Below, one piece after another: positions 50,742-53,650 of a stretch of DNA of 53,650 bases (positions are counted from its first letter, which is position 1; every line of letters starts with the position of its first letter). The DNA is taken from assembly GCF_001194135.2 (NCBI RefSeq), contig NC_068992.1:12469427-12523076 (forward strand), given 5' to 3'. The stretch is from Octopus bimaculoides (taxonomy: Eukaryota). The notes under the pieces were generated by a model. The model ran no database searches. It was not told the origin of the DNA and saw nothing but the letters and a program-made list of their open reading frames with translations. The position numbers were made by a program, and so were the translations under genes.

Positions 50742-52274
50742 GTTGTTGTAGTTGTTGTTGTTGGTGTTCCTGTCGTTGTTAATCTTCTTCTTGTTATTAT
50801 TTACGTATATATTGATCAGATTTTTGGCTGTTTGTTTGTTTGTTTTTTTGTTAGGAATTATTCTATCCAATCAGAAATCAATCCGTTATAACTACAACAA
50901 AAATTGCATCAGACGCAAAAGCAAACACAATGACGTAACCGTCATCAACGCCATCAACACCGAGTGTACGAACAACAACAAATGCAACAATATGTGACTC
51001 TTAAAAACACTACCACCAACGCTACAGTCATCGCCAACACCACAATACTACAGAAACAAAAACACCAACAAAACCCAGGCAAAACCGGAAAGTTTCTTCC
51101 AAACTCTCGCTCCCATACTTATATAAGATAACACAGAGTAAATCACATATATAAACACACGCACTGATACACACACTCACACACGTACAGACAAACAAAC
51201 ACACACAAACGCATGCACATCCCACATATACATATATGGGTGTAAACATATATATGTGTATATACTTTCTTGAGTTCACTGCATCTCACGTTACGTCATA
51301 TATATATATATGTGTGTGTGTGTTGTGTGTGAGTGTGTGTGTGCGTGTGTGTCTATGTGTGTATGCATGTACATAGATATATGTAATTAAATAAATACCT
51401 GCAAAGATATCTTCATATATATATATATATATACATACTAAACGTGTTTACATCTATGTATCATTATTATTATATACGTATATATATATATTTATATATA
51501 TATATATATATACATACTANNNNNNNNNNTAGTTGCACGCGTACAAACGTATATTATGTATGTCTGCGTGTGTGATGTGTGTGTGTGTTTGTGTGTTTGT
51601 GCGTTTGCGTGTTTTTGATTTAGTTCTTTTCGTAGTTGTGCGCACATAGGTATAAATGTATGTCTAGAAAATTATACTCTATAGTACATGATAAAAAGGG
51701 GAAATATTTCAACATATAAACACACAAACATACACAGATGCATATATACGTGAAAACGCATGCATATGCAAGACGGACGTACAGTTGCACACACTCACAA
51801 TGTGGGAGAATACCTTTGTGTATGTGTGTGAAAATGAGAATACCTATGTGTACATGCGTGTCAATGTGAAGAAACATGTTCGGCTTAAAACAGAGAAATG
51901 TATAACCTAGCATATTTCTATACAAAAGTTCATATGCACACGCACATATGCGTGTGCGAGTGTGCTGGAGTGTATGTGTGTGTGTACTAGTGAATGTGTA
52001 TATGTATGCATATGCATGTATAGAAGTTTTCACGAATGTATGAAACGATACATGGATGAGGGTCTGTGAAAGTACGCCAGTGTTTTAGTTGTGCATAAGT
52101 GAACAGAAATGTGTGCATATATATATATATATTCCATTGTAAGAGCTGCAAAATATTCACACAAATTCTATTTCATAGTTTCACTTTCCAGTTCGTCCAC
52201 AGTTTGGTCGAATACGCGCATTACCTTTGGTATTCAACGACTAGTTTTTCCACATTGCTGTCTACTTATGTGCC

Positions 52275-52426
52275 TTGGCGTTAGGAAAGGCTTCCAGCTG
52301 TAGAAACTCTGCCAAATCAGATTGGAGCCTGGTGTTGCCATCCCGTTTCACCAGTCCTCACTCAAATCGTCCAAACCATGCTAGCATGGAAAGCGGACGT
52401 TAAACGATGATGATGATGATGATGAT
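52275..52426 (+). mobile_element. SINE family E 3' end with (GAT)n tail
   Basis: Homologous to 34833-34958: ...GCATGGAAAGCGGACGTTAAAC(GAT)n. Confidence 0.85.
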
Positions 52427-52979
52427 ATATACATATATATATATATATGTATGTATGTATGTATGTATATTTCTGTATATGGATATGTAGTGTTCATACG
52501 ATTTATGAAGATACCGAGCAAGCAGGACAGATAAGCCTTACACGTCATTCTATATTCAATTGATGTGTTAAATTCAATTCATTCCTTCAAACAATTTCTT
52601 GTTGCGGAGTGGCCCCAATTGACACAGCATTTAATTTAGGGCTGGTTCAGGCTTTTAGACATGAAATATGATTAAAAATGGGGCAATATGTCGTGATTGC
52701 CTTATTGATTGGATTATTGTCGAAATTTTTGTTGTTGTCGTTGCTGCACTTTCATAGAGTTGGCGGTGATAGTAGAGGAGATGATTGCATTGTTGATGTT
52801 GGAGATGATTGTTGTGCAGATGGCAGTGGAGATAGAGGTGGCACGCTGGTAGTAGATTTATCGATTAATTTAATGTTCCGTAGGAAATATCTCTGCAAAT
52901 TTTCTTCTTTTACTGCAATCGAAAATGTCCCAACCACTATGTCAGTAGTATGTCGAAATCATCGTATATATAGGGTAAA

Positions 52980-53011
52980 TATATACATACATCCACGCAT
53001 ACATGCATACA

Positions 53012-53083
<72 letters not shown>

Positions 53084-53104
53084 TATAGATATATATATAT
53101 ATTT

Positions 53105-53135
<31 letters not shown>

Positions 53136-53144
53136 AATAATATA

Positions 53145-53191
<47 letters not shown>

Positions 53192-53460
53192 CATGGACAC
53201 AGAGATATATAACAACGTAATTAAATTAGTATGCGTATAAGTATATATCAATCTAGAGACAAATACATATGTATAGGTGTGTGTGTGTCTGTGCGCGTGT
53301 ATATACATACACACACACATATATACATGTGAGCGCATATTTTTACACATACATACATGTATGTGCTCTCATATAAATATGAATACATCTATGCATACAT
53401 GAACTGTCATACATGTGTGTGTTTGTGTGTATGTATGTGTGCTTATACATATACATACAT
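52980..53460. repeat. Compound (TA)n/(CA)n/(TG)n microsatellite field
   Basis: Direct reading. Confidence 0.9.
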
Positions 53461-53616
53461 ACATATGCACATGCATATATCTATATACATAATTATATAT
53501 ATGGATTATATAAGCGTCCATATAGGTATCTCAACAAATCTATCTTTCTTTCTCTCTCTTTCTGTCTGTATGTCTGTCTGCATATCACTCTGTCTTTATC
53601 TCTCTCTCTCTATGCA

Positions 53617-53650
<34 letters not shown>

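Overview
AT-rich, microsatellite-dense eukaryotic non-coding DNA with 11 assembly gaps. The SINE families and repeat style point to an octopus (coleoid cephalopod) genome, most likely an intergenic or deep intronic stretch; this is inferred from recalled repeats, not a database hit. I find no credible host protein-coding gene, tRNA, rRNA or CRISPR array. Most ORFs in the supplied track are microsatellite or N-gap artefacts. The recognisable content is decayed mobile DNA: several tRNA-derived SINE families (arbitrary labels A-E here), two Tc1/mariner remnants, an internally deleted Helitron, an R4/Dong-like LINE 5' end plus a probable 3' UTR, Penelope-like (PLE) RT/GIY-YIG fragments and a long-TIR MITE. 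The most interesting locus is 43965-45330. On the minus strand it reads Pol III B-box, (AAT)n, then a tail with an intact-looking minimal hammerhead ribozyme (44054-44101). It is joined in inverted orientation to a PLE ORF remnant, so it is a candidate tRNA-headed, hammerhead-bearing, PLE-mobilised SINE/retrozyme. A second, non-canonical hammerhead-like motif lies at 14848-14883. All family assignments come from manual translation and recalled consensus motifs.
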